This document shows positions 37,172 to 47,192 of a DNA stretch of 64,000 nucleotides, in pieces; positions within the stretch are counted from its first letter, which is position 1; each line of letters opens with the position of its first letter. The position numbers and the translations under genes were made by a program. Source of the DNA: a virus; the IMG/VR virus record IMGVR_UViG_3300047554_000685, positions 15,363-79,362 of that record. One strand, given 5' to 3'. The notes under the pieces were generated by a model. It was not told where the DNA came from. It made no database searches and saw nothing but the letters and a program-made list of their open reading frames with translations.

Positions 37172-38005
37172 TTACTCGGAGACCGTGAACAATCCGGTTT
37201 CTTTTGATAGACGTTGCAACGTTGGAAGATCTGGCATTCCGGATGCATCTGATCCAACTCGGCCGATCGTCCGTTGGAAGTTAGCGAAGGCGGAAGCTGT
37301 AGCTGCATCCCACTTCCCGCGGTCAGCTCCTTTGAGGTCCGTTACAAGTGAGAGCGCTAGCTGAACCCGTTCGATATCCGTGTTCTTGGTACGGGCAGCT
37401 AATAACTTAGGAAGACGGATCTCCTTAGGTGAGCTCGCCGCTTCGTTAATTGTTTGAAGCTCGACTCGATCCGGAGCTCCCCCAGTTAACTTCTGAACAA
37501 GCTTCGTGAGAAGATGCAGGCCGCTCATCCCTGGTGTAACCGGCCGGCAAAACAAAACAACTTCGTTTAAAGATCGGATCCGTTGATGCACGCCGTTCTT
37601 GTTTTGGTAGACGCCCGTCCCGGTGGTGTCCCCCTCGATCGCGAGGAACTCACCAGTTCGTTTGAAGTTACGCGTGTCAGCTACGATCCCGCAGTGTGGG
37701 GAAGAGAACGCGCTCGCCGTGTTACTGGAGAATGCATATACCGCGATGTCACCGGCTCGAGGTGTTCGTGAGATGTTCCCCGTACGTACGCAGGCCGCTA
37801 GTCCCGCGGGCACATAAGTGAAAGATGGTAGATGCAGGCCGGACTCGCGGGCAACAACATCAATGAAGGCACCCGCCCAAGGCTGAGCGTCGTAGCCAAC
37901 CCGCTGGCCAAAGACGTTACGTCCGAGGAGCTCGGAGGTGTACCCGTTGTACTTCCTCGCCGTCGCAATGAACGCGCTTATTAAAGCTTTATTAGATCTG
38001 GTCAC
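37172..38005 (-). CDS. CHAP-like domain + peptidoglycan-binding domain protein, catalytic Cys replaced
   Basis: QPWAGAF where PWCAxF is expected; PRAGDI, HCGIV, IEGDT; C-terminal VQLAL...G.WD..T..AF..FQ. Confidence 0.7.
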   Translation of the reverse strand: MTRSNKALISAFIATARKYNGYTSELLGRNVFGQRVGYDAQPWAGAFIDVVARESGLHLPSFTYVPAGLAACVRTGNISRTPRAGDIAVYAFSSNTASAFSSPHCGIVADTRNFKRTGEFLAIEGDTTGTGVYQNKNGVHQRIRSLNEVVLFCRPVTPGMSGLHLLTKLVQKLTGGAPDRVELQTINEAASSPKEIRLPKLLAARTKNTDIERVQLALSLVTDLKGADRGKWDAATASAFANFQRTIGRVGSDASGMPDLPTLQRLSKETGLFTVSE

Positions 38006-38189
38006 CCGTTGAGTCTAACACAGTAGACGCGTCGAAGAAAGATTCAAGATCCGTTAGAAGGTTCGCAGCTTCTTGAGTCAACGTTGTGATCCGTATGTGC
38101 TCGATCCGTGTATGTGCGTTTGCAATGTCCGCTTTAAGGTTCCCGTACAGAGCGCGTGCCGCTTCGAGGATCTCTCCCTGAGTCTTCAT
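37992..38189 (-). CDS. Hypothetical protein
   Basis: Coupled in operon. Confidence 0.6.
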   Translation of the reverse strand: MKTQGEILEAARALYGNLKADIANAHTRIEHIRITTLTQEAANLLTDLESFFDASTVLDSTGDQI

Positions 38190-39130
38190 TATTTCTTTTC
38201 TTCCTCCGAAGTAAGCGCAGGCCGCTCTTCCGTTTTCTCATCCGTGACTATATCAGCATCAATGATCTCTTTATCCGGAGACACGTGAATTCCTGCATCC
38301 GCTAACTTCGCAGCAGTCGCGATCGCACCTTGAGCTAGGCGGTCCAACCTCTCCGCAATGACACTAGCTGCTGGCCGTACATCAATGTTGACGTTCGTGT
38401 CTATCTCCACGCCGCCTCTTACACCAGCGCGATCTAGGATCTCCGTTGCAGCTTTGAGTCTTACCGGCTCGCTCTCAGCATACTCCATGAGTTCTTCCAG
38501 CTTATCAACTGCGTACGGTGCAGCCTGCATCAACTTCGCACGAGCTCGTTCGATGTCATCCGTCGTTTTATGTTGGATGGATCTCAGGTGTACTCTGCAC
38601 AGGCCGTCATCGTTTGGACGCCCGCTGGACCATAGCATACATCTGATTCCGTCATCCTTTATGTGACGACAACGAGCTGGCATGGCAAGCGGTTTCCGTT
38701 TCGGAGACATAGGTCCCCCGGCTTCTTGCTCCTTGAGGTACATACGGGTGGCATTAACTACCCACGGAGGAACCAAGTAGTCGCTCGCCGTTTCCGCTAA
38801 GAGGTCCAGGCCTGTGATGAAGTCGGAGTTCTTGTTGTCCGGTTCAGCAAGGATCGGTTTCTTTTCGGCTAAAGATAGTAGACGCTTCTCGGCGATTGAT
38901 TCCTTCGAACGAACGCGGATTAGTCCCGTTGGAACTCCGTTGAGGGAGTAGACGCTGTCCCAGATGAGACGCGCTCGCCGAATAATAGCACGGTTTTCAA
39001 ATGTATCTTGGCAGACGCCCTTGTCCACTTCCTCGATGCCGTATTGGCTGAGGTCAACGCGCATGTCGATGGGGTCATCAATCATGTATTCAGGTGCTAA
39101 GTTTTTGCTGTCTATCTCGTCATCAAACAT
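38189..39130 (-). CDS. Zn-finger + helical protein, possibly terminase small subunit-like
   Basis: RCRHIKDDGIRC...LCRVH; AESEPVRLKAATEILDRAG. Confidence 0.5.
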   Translation of the reverse strand: MFDDEIDSKNLAPEYMIDDPIDMRVDLSQYGIEEVDKGVCQDTFENRAIIRRARLIWDSVYSLNGVPTGLIRVRSKESIAEKRLLSLAEKKPILAEPDNKNSDFITGLDLLAETASDYLVPPWVVNATRMYLKEQEAGGPMSPKRKPLAMPARCRHIKDDGIRCMLWSSGRPNDDGLCRVHLRSIQHKTTDDIERARAKLMQAAPYAVDKLEELMEYAESEPVRLKAATEILDRAGVRGGVEIDTNVNIDVRPAASVIAERLDRLAQGAIATAAKLADAGIHVSPDKEIIDADIVTDEKTEERPALTSEEEKK

Positions 39131-39340
39131 CTCATGAACTTTCGTTCGAAGTTAGGGCGACGGCTAGCTTAACTGGGGAGAGGACTTGTAAACTAGCCGC
39201 CGCTGTATTAATTTTACGGGACGCCGTTAATGTTGATTTATCTTCGGACGAAGTCGGACGAAAAAATTGCGCGTGGAGAGGGAGACGGCTGCCTTTTCCC
39301 TCTTTTATTAACAAATCTTTGGGGGTATCTAGCCACCCTG

Positions 39341-39613
39341 CTATAGTAATCCGCTTACGTTCTTGCCGTTCAGGTCACCAGATAGTAGTCGGAATTTACC
39401 GCTTTTGTCCCGTTCAAACTTCTGGCTTCGGAGCTGGGCTTGTTCTGTTTTGCGATTACGGACTGAGATGATTGCTCGCCGAAGATCGGCTTCGAAGACA
39501 AATCCTGGGTGGGCTAACTTTAGATGGCCGTGCTCGATCCAACTGTAGATTGTCTTCTCGGTAACCTGAGCCATCTCTGCAGCTAACTTAATCTTTATCA
39601 TTTTGTCGTCCAT
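39341..39613 (-). CDS. Excisionase/MerR-like HTH protein
   Basis: IKLAAEMAQVTEKTIYSWIEHGHL. Confidence 0.75.
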   Translation of the reverse strand: MDDKMIKIKLAAEMAQVTEKTIYSWIEHGHLKLAHPGFVFEADLRRAIISVRNRKTEQAQLRSQKFERDKSGKFRLLSGDLNGKNVSGLL

Positions 39614-39622
39614 CGGATAATC

Positions 39623-40060
39623 CTATACATAGTCGGCGCAGACGGCATAGACTTCATCCTCGCCGTAGTTGTGGTCGGGGGTTAGGTCAACAACAATTGA
39701 ATCCTTTGTAAAAGGTTTACCTGGATAGACCCAGATGTGGCCGTGGCTGGTGAGGGCATAGTCATCAGACTGGTGCCAGAAGAACTTGTATCCTTGGTCT
39801 TTCTTTGAGAAATAATCTAGGGCTTCCAAATTCTTGCAGTGGAACCAAGCATCACGATGGATGAGCTCAACAAATGTCGAACCAACTTCGTGTTGGGGTT
39901 TATCGTGTCCGAAGAAAATCTTTCCGTCAACCACCCAGACATCGACTTCAACATCGACACCCACATTCAAAGCTTCTACTAGATAAGAAGGGGTGTTCTC
40001 CCGTTCGGGGTTGGGGCCGTCAATATTACCACGATGTGAGATTAACTTAGCCGTTGACAT
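39623..40060 (-). CDS. GDPD/PI-PLC-like phosphodiesterase
   Basis: ISHRGN...EN.P.Y...AL..G.DVEVDVW...GHD...WFHCKN. Confidence 0.8.
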   Translation of the reverse strand: MSTAKLISHRGNIDGPNPERENTPSYLVEALNVGVDVEVDVWVVDGKIFFGHDKPQHEVGSTFVELIHRDAWFHCKNLEALDYFSKKDQGYKFFWHQSDDYALTSHGHIWVYPGKPFTKDSIVVDLTPDHNYGEDEVYAVCADYV

Positions 40061-41396
40061 ATGCCTCCAAATCTTCTGGTGTTCCTAGGCTAATCATACG
40101 ATGTACTTCGTAAGTTCCGATCTTCAACCCGCTGGCGATTGCTTCATTGTAAGCTGGGCAAATATAGAACTCTCCGTTGGTTCGGATATCCTTCTCGATC
40201 ATCTGCTCGGCAAACTTTACATAGTCTGAGCCATGCTTCCAGTAGTAGATTCCTACCGTGGCGGTGTCGCTGATGACCTGCTTCTCGGCAACCTCTGTTA
40301 CAAATCCGCCGTCTTCGACTTTGGCATATGACCATTTAGGGTCTTGGCTCTCGAAGATTGCAATAGATCCGTCAAGATTTCTATCTCCGGCATCTTGAAG
40401 AAATGCCCTTGCATCCCATTCAACTAGTTGATCGGAGTTACAGATGATTAGTGGGTTCTCGTTATTGATAAGTTCTTTGGCCAGCAAGGAAGTTGAAGCT
40501 GCTCCTTCGGTCAAGGCATCAACGCCGATGACCGTGACCTCGGGGGCAAATGGACAGATGCTTCGTAAGAAGTTTTTGAGATCATACTTCTCGACAATCG
40601 GCTCTTGGGCTAGGTAGATGAAGTGCCCGTTCATGTCAAGGCTATAGATGACCTTTTGAATCATGGGCATACCTTTGACTTCAATCATAGGCTTAGGGTT
40701 TTCGTAGCCCTTCTCTACAAATCTACTTCCAGCCCCCGCCATCGGAATTAGGATGTTAAAAGTTGGGGCTTCTGGTTCTTTAAGTTCTTCCATAGTTTTC
40801 AATACCAATCTATGAGTCAAGTCAATTCTGTTATTTACTGGGACTAACTTCGCACCAGATTGTTCAGCTGCAAGTCTACCTACAACACTGTCTTCAAAGA
40901 TAGCCGTTGTAGACGCATCCGCTCCCAGAGTTTTCATAGCTAGAAGATATCCTTCAGGGGATGGCTTTGGGGCTGGGGTCTCCTCGTTACTGATTGAGAT
41001 ATCTACCAAGCCCTCGATGCCTAGTCGTCGGAGACAAGTGTCTAGAGTTTCTCGAACGCTATTGCTTACAACGCCAATCTTGAATCCGTTTTGCCTCACC
41101 ATGTTTAGGGTGTTCACGATCTCTAGATCTTTGGGAATCCAATCAAATAACCTAGCCGTGTGCTTCTGCTTGGATTGCCAGACCTCTTCAAGTTTTTCCT
41201 TTGGAAGACCTTTGTCCTTGCTCAGGATCTCGAGCTTTGTTCTGGTTGTTAGACCTTCGTAAATTGTTTCTTGTTCAGCTTCGGTTATGACGAACTTCTC
41301 ATCGACCTCGGCCAATGCCGAGTTAAGTGCTTTGAAGTGAAGTTCTCGGCTATCAACCAAGACCCCGTCAAGATCAAATAAGAGTGCGTATGTCAT
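40047..41396 (-). CDS. HAD phosphatase fused to sugar nucleotidyltransferase-like (GT-A) domain
   Basis: FDLDGVL, KPSPE, FEDS; IPMAGAGSRF...PKP...NSDQ...NGEFY...LGTPEDL. Confidence 0.88.
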   Translation of the reverse strand: MTYALLFDLDGVLVDSRELHFKALNSALAEVDEKFVITEAEQETIYEGLTTRTKLEILSKDKGLPKEKLEEVWQSKQKHTARLFDWIPKDLEIVNTLNMVRQNGFKIGVVSNSVRETLDTCLRRLGIEGLVDISISNEETPAPKPSPEGYLLAMKTLGADASTTAIFEDSVVGRLAAEQSGAKLVPVNNRIDLTHRLVLKTMEELKEPEAPTFNILIPMAGAGSRFVEKGYENPKPMIEVKGMPMIQKVIYSLDMNGHFIYLAQEPIVEKYDLKNFLRSICPFAPEVTVIGVDALTEGAASTSLLAKELINNENPLIICNSDQLVEWDARAFLQDAGDRNLDGSIAIFESQDPKWSYAKVEDGGFVTEVAEKQVISDTATVGIYYWKHGSDYVKFAEQMIEKDIRTNGEFYICPAYNEAIASGLKIGTYEVHRMISLGTPEDLEAYVNG

Positions 41397-41405
41397 GTTT
41401 AAACC

Positions 41406-42416
41406 TTAGCTCATCAGAAACTTTTTAAGCTCTGTATTATTTTCAATTTGCCCGATTATTTCTGATGCTTTTTTGTCATGTGAGATCGAGATGTAGGTGT
41501 GTCTAAGTTCATGCGCCAGATGATAGTAGTGCGGGTGAATACGGGTCATGGTTTGTTGGTCTGGAGCAGGGGTTGTTAGTGGTGTCGAAAGCTCTACCAC
41601 GACTCCGCCAGGTTTCATGGCAAGCATTGTTGTTAACCCTGCACTGGTGATTGAAGCTAGTGTTCTGGTTTCAGCTACAAACCTAAGCTGATGTTCAAAC
41701 GAATCAATATCTTCTGGCGAGAAAATCTCGAACCCTAGTTCCCTGAAATACTCCTCGACTAAGGCTTCGTCATCAAGTCGATCATTGGTTTTGTATTTGT
41801 ATTTCTCGCGGATCTCGGCGAGTGTTAGGTTTGCGTATTCTTCATCCGTTGCCCTGAAAACACTGTTGGATAGAGTCTTGCTTCGACTGAGGTAGACTTT
41901 ACGGAATGGGGTAATAGAATCCAAATCAACAAGACCATTTAGTAAAAATTTAGAAATGTCTTTAGCTACTGATAAATTGGTTGTGTAATTCTCATAAATT
42001 ACGAAGTTATTTATTCGGCATGGGTTACGTCTATCGAAGGGAAGCCGAGAGGTTTTGTGACCCCCGCTCTCAAGTAGTTTCACAATGTGCTCGTATATCG
42101 AGTTGATGTGTGAACTACTAAACTCTTGCTCTGCACCAGTCATGGTCAGAACAATGTGAATCTTATATCCGCCTTGTTCGGCTTGTTTTAGCTCTTGGAT
42201 AATTATTGGAATAATCTCGGTGATTACGTGAAAGTATGCTGTTTGGATTGGCAGAATAATTTTTCTATCCTCTGACACCAAATCCTTTGAAGTCCCTTGG
42301 TCAAAATCAATATGGCTATCTTCCACCGAGTAATTGCCATATTCATTGCGGAATACATACTTCGGCTCCAAGTAGTGATTGAAGTTGTAATTGATTTTTT
42401 CCCAAGAAGGTAGCAT
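41406..42416 (-). CDS. Glycosyltransferase family 61 (DUF563-like)
   Basis: YFH...E, KVYLSR, E.YF...GF.I..PE....Q......SAGLT....GGVVVEL. Confidence 0.75.
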   Translation of the reverse strand: MLPSWEKINYNFNHYLEPKYVFRNEYGNYSVEDSHIDFDQGTSKDLVSEDRKIILPIQTAYFHVITEIIPIIIQELKQAEQGGYKIHIVLTMTGAEQEFSSSHINSIYEHIVKLLESGGHKTSRLPFDRRNPCRINNFVIYENYTTNLSVAKDISKFLLNGLVDLDSITPFRKVYLSRSKTLSNSVFRATDEEYANLTLAEIREKYKYKTNDRLDDEALVEEYFRELGFEIFSPEDIDSFEHQLRFVAETRTLASITSAGLTTMLAMKPGGVVVELSTPLTTPAPDQQTMTRIHPHYYHLAHELRHTYISISHDKKASEIIGQIENNTELKKFLMS

Positions 42417-42440
42417 ACCGACATCCTATCACTCTTCCCC

Positions 42441-42474
42441 AAAAAAGAAAACGGGCCACCCGAAGGTGACCCGT
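42441..42474 (-). terminator. Intrinsic terminator
   Basis: Hairpin ACGGGcCACC-CGAA-GGTGaCCCGT with T-tract on the minus strand. Confidence 0.7.
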
Positions 42475-42514
42475 AAAGACCTAAGCTCTCCCGCTTAGTT
42501 CTTATATCTCCATC

Positions 42515-42838
42515 CTACTTCTTTTTCGGAGTGGTCTTTGGTTTAGCCTTTGGCTTTGGCTTAGCCTTAGCAACTGGAGTGTCGGCGATATCTTTCTTGA
42601 TCGCTTCCTTCTTCTCAGAAGATTTCGCAGCTGGCTTCTTTGCGGGAGCTTTCGCGGGAGCTTTCTTAGCAGGTGTAGGTACAACCTCAATCTTTGGAAT
42701 TGAATCTGCCTTACCTGAGACAGTCGCTGGTACTACCTTGATCTCAACCCAACGGCCTTTGTCATCACGCTCTACGGCCACAATCTCAGGATTGATAGCT
42801 TTCTTCTTGTCCTTGCGGAACCAATTAAACAGACCCAT
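42515..42838 (-). CDS. Lys/Ala/Pro-rich histone-like protein
   Basis: PAKKAPAKAPAKKPAAK repeats. Confidence 0.65.
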   Translation of the reverse strand: MGLFNWFRKDKKKAINPEIVAVERDDKGRWVEIKVVPATVSGKADSIPKIEVVPTPAKKAPAKAPAKKPAAKSSEKKEAIKKDIADTPVAKAKPKPKAKPKTTPKKK

Positions 42839-43037
42839 GGTCTCGTCCTTCTTCCTCTTCTCCAAACTTTTTCCAAATTTGGTTTAGTGAGTCAACATCA
42901 ACCACCGGATCAATATCGCCGATAGCTTTCCAGATGTACTCGGTTAGCGTCTCTGCTACTCCTGAATCAATCAGGTCATAGTCTACCAATACCTGGATGT
43001 GTTCTTCCAGATATCGGGCAGCTTGTTCTTTCATCAT
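42825..43037 (-). CDS. Hypothetical protein
   Basis: In operon. Confidence 0.55.
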   Translation of the reverse strand: MMKEQAARYLEEHIQVLVDYDLIDSGVAETLTEYIWKAIGDIDPVVDVDSLNQIWKKFGEEEEGRDHGSV

Positions 43038-43050
43038 TTCAAATCACATC

Positions 43051-43515
43051 CTACAACAAAAGACAGTCTTGGCACAAGAAGACATTCAAACGACTTGCTT
43101 TATCCAAGATCTCACCGTTTGGACTTACTGGTGCTGGAATAACTTTAACGCCACTTGCGCCACACTTGTCGCAGTTGGGTGGTACATCGCCAATCCAATT
43201 CAGCTCGACTCCAGCCTTCTTAGCTGCAATCATCCCCTGGGTCAAAGCATGCGATGAACCCATTCCCTTGGTACTACGCAGGAACTTACGCAGATCTCCA
43301 GTTTCCAGTACAGCCCTAGGAGTGTTGCACTTACATCCAGCAGCGTTTGGTTCACAGACGAACCATCCAAGATCCGCCTTAAACTTGTGACGAACTATCG
43401 GATGTCCACAAATACAAACTCGTCGATCCTGAATGTGTTTACCATTCTCAATCTCGTCCAGAACTTCCTGAACTTCGTTCTCGTCTACACCTAGGAAGTC
43501 GAAAACATCACCCAT
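43051..43515 (-). CDS. Cys-rich hypothetical protein
   Basis: CICGH, CKC, CDKC, CQDC; GGAG RBS. Confidence 0.7.
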   Translation of the reverse strand: MGDVFDFLGVDENEVQEVLDEIENGKHIQDRRVCICGHPIVRHKFKADLGWFVCEPNAAGCKCNTPRAVLETGDLRKFLRSTKGMGSSHALTQGMIAAKKAGVELNWIGDVPPNCDKCGASGVKVIPAPVSPNGEILDKASRLNVFLCQDCLLL

Positions 43516-44224
43516 AACATTTCTCCAATCTCAAAAGTCAAATGTCAAATTACAAGTACTCTTATACTATCACTCTTTTATAAATCTATTAACGACTATG
43601 GTTTACATTCAGCGCTAGAAAAAATTCCTCGCGCGTGAATAGGAAATATAATCACTAATAAATTTATAGTATATAGATATCATAGTTTCATTAGCAAAAT
43701 TTTCCACTTCTTTTTTCTTTCTTCTTGCTAATAACCTACCCTACCTTAGCTCCGATCCTTCGGATATTAGCAAAATAAATAACGGCGTCTACCATTTGCC
43801 TTAAATCCCACACCCTAATACACTCCAACCTACCCTGCTATACTTCACGGCCCTTCTTCTGCCTCTATCCGTATATCGGCGTCTATCATTTTTGCCCCTT
43901 TCAACTCATTTCAACTCAAAACAAAATAAGATAACAAATATATAACGCCAACTTCCAACGAAGCTTCGTTTAAAGATTTCGCGCGAAAGCACGAATTAAC
44001 CAAACTTAACAACACTTCCAACGAACCTTCATTCGAAGTTGCAGCAACTTAAGTAATACCGGCGTCTATTATTTTTAGCCCACCCTTACCTTCATTCGAA
44101 GTTATTTTGCCCATATACCTACCACGACTTCCCGCCCCCGCCACCCCCTCAGTTTTAAGACCGTCGTCGGCGAGGGCTCACACAGCTAGTTGACATATCT
44201 ATATGTAGGGTGTAAGGTCAGAGC
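43516..44224. other. Divergent non-coding region with repeats (candidate origin or repeat boundary)
   Basis: AT-rich; GGCGTCTA x3, ACTTCCAACGAA x2, CCTTCATTCGAAGTT x2, tandem TTTCAACTCA. Confidence 0.5.
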
Positions 44225-45238
44225 ATGATTAATGCACGAGACACATTAGAGCTACTTGCGGACCTGGCTAGGGTAAGTAAGAATGACCAGTTCATCGAAG
44301 CGGGTTCTTTTAGGATCTACGCAACTACTGTTGTGAACAACTCGGTTGTTGAAGGGATTGACCCACAATCTCGAACTGACCTTAGGGAACTGAAGGAAGG
44401 GGCTGACTACCTGGCATTTGGCGTAGCTGCTATTACTAATAGTAATCCAAAGGTCTTCTACTGCGACCCAGAGATGTCTGCGGTTATTCAGGCTTCTGCC
44501 GGAGCAATGGACAATACCGACCTAACTGACCTAAGCCTACTGCCTAGCAAGTACGGCTTCTGTTACTTTGCACAGGGAATCAAGCTATCTAAGGGCATGA
44601 TTATTCACGCGCTTTTGTGGTGCGTACAGCCAAAGGATCCAGGCAATATCCTTGTTTACGGGTTGAACGATAAGTTCAACGAGGAAGACGGCTCGAAAGA
44701 ATCGTGGGCAGAGTATCTGGAGCACCACGGCTTTGACCAGATTAAATACGAACGCTGGGTATTTAGGTTCAACCTTTCATATCGCGAAGGCACCCAACTA
44801 TCTCCTGTTACCCCCGAAGAGCGCGAAGATTTTACTGCTAAGAGCCGTGAGATGTATAGGATGCACGCAATTGATCTTGACCCTAGGCAGGTATTTCACG
44901 CTCTAATGCTCATGCTTAATCAAGAACCAGATGTTATTCACATCTCAAAAGCGGAAGCAACCAAGAAAAAAGCAGCTCGACTTACAAAAAAGAAGATGCC
45001 AACCGAAGTTACGGTCATTGACATTCGCCGTAAATATGCAACAGTTGCGAGTTCTGGAGGGTCTAGCGACCGTGAGTACTCACACCGCTGGGTTGTAAAC
45101 GGATTCTGGCGGTGGCAACCATATAAAGATGCCAACAAAGAATGGAAGCGCAAGCGCATCTGGATTGATTCATATGTAAAAGGTCCAGCGGATAAGCCAC
45201 TGCATATCACTGAAAAGGTTTACGCACTTCTTAAATAG
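44225..45238 (+). CDS. Conserved actinophage-type protein
   Basis: HRWVVNGFWRWQPY...RIWIDSYVKGP.DKPL; leaderless behind TTGACA-N17-TAAGGT. Confidence 0.8.
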   Translation: MINARDTLELLADLARVSKNDQFIEAGSFRIYATTVVNNSVVEGIDPQSRTDLRELKEGADYLAFGVAAITNSNPKVFYCDPEMSAVIQASAGAMDNTDLTDLSLLPSKYGFCYFAQGIKLSKGMIIHALLWCVQPKDPGNILVYGLNDKFNEEDGSKESWAEYLEHHGFDQIKYERWVFRFNLSYREGTQLSPVTPEEREDFTAKSREMYRMHAIDLDPRQVFHALMLMLNQEPDVIHISKAEATKKKAARLTKKKMPTEVTVIDIRRKYATVASSGGSSDREYSHRWVVNGFWRWQPYKDANKEWKRKRIWIDSYVKGPADKPLHITEKVYALLK

Positions 45239-45267
45239 GACAAAACATCCCAAGCTAAAATAGTTTC

Positions 45268-45492
45268 ATGGAAACCAGGGATCCACTGCGCCGAGCTCTA
45301 GAACGTATAGAGTTATGTACTTATGCCATACAAGAGGCGCATTACGAGGTAGAAGAACCTACGGATCCAGAGAAAAAGGCAGACCTACTACTTGCGGTAG
45401 AAGCCCTAGCTTATGAAGCTATAGACCTTCTTAGTACTGCGAAGTTGTATGCGTGGGGGCCGGACCAAGAAGAGTTCGAAGGCGAGCAATAG
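45268..45492 (+). CDS. Hypothetical protein
   Basis: TAAAAT motif just upstream. Confidence 0.6.
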   Translation: METRDPLRRALERIELCTYAIQEAHYEVEEPTDPEKKADLLLAVEALAYEAIDLLSTAKLYAWGPDQEEFEGEQ

Positions 45493-46441
45493 CTACTTCT
45501 GCTTCTTTTTCTTTATTAGATACAGAAATATGCGAGTGACCGCAAATATACGATAGATCTTGATAAGTTCCAATTAGACGCTGGTCCGTAGGATCTTTTG
45601 ATAGAAGCTCGCACCTTAGCTCAACAACAATCTGATTGTCTTTTAATAGACCTGCATTTACTAATCCAGATCCAGTAGGGGCAACCAATACTGACGTCTG
45701 CGCCATTAAGTCAACTTGATCCTGAAACGAGTTCATATCCTCAGGCTTGATAATACTAAACCCCACAGACTTCAGAAACTCTTCTAAACGTTCCTCATTA
45801 TGTACTCGGATATCGTCACGATAGCCAGGATGATTATCATCTTCCCACAAAGTAAAGCCAGCACCGCCCCTGCTTATATATACCCATTTATCTGGCACAT
45901 AAGAAGGATCAACCAAAGACATACTCTTAATTAGGTCAAACGCAGCTTTTATGTCAATTAGCGACCCGTTCATACCTAGGTCATACTCAACCAAGTAACT
46001 AAAGTTTGTCATCCTAGATACCGACAGCAACGGATCTAGCCCATTAATAGAGCCCTTAGGGTCATCAATGACCAAGTAATCAATCCCAGCTTTATCTAAA
46101 GCTCGGAGAATAGGCTCATACAAAGAGTACGAGTTAGTGTAGCGAGTATCCGCATAGATGATGAATAGGGTTTCTGGCCTGACCCTTTGGACCCTAAGTA
46201 TTGTAGACAGGGTGTCCATTATTGTGTGATAGAACTCATATCTGAAGGAGATTAAGAACTTAAACCGATCAGATGTAAATCTTTCATCTTCTACGAGCTG
46301 ATAGTTGTTATGAAGGCTAGAAACAACTTCATCCATTGAACCAACGACAAACCTGCGGTTCATTAAAGAAAACGCTACATAAGCATCTTCCTGCGTTGTT
46401 TTAGATATATCTAATTCGCCAGGAAGGGTAGAACTTGTCAT
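45431..46441 (-). CDS. Glycosyltransferase family 61, second copy
   Basis: FYH...D, VYISR, NEE.LEEFL...GF.II.PE...Q......GSGL.N...VVEL. Confidence 0.75.
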   Translation of the reverse strand: MTSSTLPGELDISKTTQEDAYVAFSLMNRRFVVGSMDEVVSSLHNNYQLVEDERFTSDRFKFLISFRYEFYHTIMDTLSTILRVQRVRPETLFIIYADTRYTNSYSLYEPILRALDKAGIDYLVIDDPKGSINGLDPLLSVSRMTNFSYLVEYDLGMNGSLIDIKAAFDLIKSMSLVDPSYVPDKWVYISRGGAGFTLWEDDNHPGYRDDIRVHNEERLEEFLKSVGFSIIKPEDMNSFQDQVDLMAQTSVLVAPTGSGLVNAGLLKDNQIVVELRCELLSKDPTDQRLIGTYQDLSYICGHSHISVSNKEKEAEVAIARLRTLLGPAPTHTTSQY

Positions 46442-46886
46442 TTATGGAACCTAGGTGGAAACAACACCTTTGCTAGCTGGGCATGACCGTCAGGTTGCTT
46501 TTGTATTTGCCTAATAATAGGCATGACCTTCACCCAAAAATAGATGCTAAAACTTAGTATTGATAGCAACCATACAGCAACGATTACCAACAATACTAAG
46601 TTCCAGCTATTATTCATGATCTAAGTATAACTTAGATACGGCCTCGACGTCCGGTTCCACGAGACTGCTTGCGATATTGAACAGCAGCAATAATGAACAA
46701 ACTAATGAAGCCAACCAACAAGGTTGTAACTACACCAGCAGCAAACGAAGCCCAATCTAAAACAAATGAAATTACCACAGTAACCTCCTTAAGGTCCCCT
46801 AAATACTAACACTTAGACCGATTCAGCGCAAGCTAGACATGATAAAATAGGTATCGGGGAGAGGCCACCTAACGGGAGCCTCCATT

Positions 46887-47192
46887 TTGTCTACGAAAAA
46901 TAAGAACAGCAAAGCTGGTCTAACCCTCGACATCACGTACAGGGTTATAGCCACATTCATTGCCAGCGCGCTCGGCGTAATCGGAGCTGGCTCAATTATT
47001 GGTTTAGATGTGTGGATGTCCGCCGCGCTTGGTGGTCTGCTAGCAGTTGCAAAGGTTGTCGAGAAGCTAGCTCTCGCTTTCTTAGAGGACGGAAAGATCA
47101 GCCGAAGTGAAGTCAACATGATTTTCTCTCAAGTTGTCCGCCTCAAAGAAGCTGGAGAAGACTCCTCAAATGCGTCTAAACCTAAGAAATAG
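46887..47192 (+). CDS. Small membrane protein (holin-like)
   Basis: Two TM segments, [13 protein letters not shown]. Confidence 0.65.
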   Translation: MSTKNKNSKAGLTLDITYRVIATFIASALGVIGAGSIIGLDVWMSAALGGLLAVAKVVEKLALAFLEDGKISRSEVNMIFSQVVRLKEAGEDSSNASKPKK

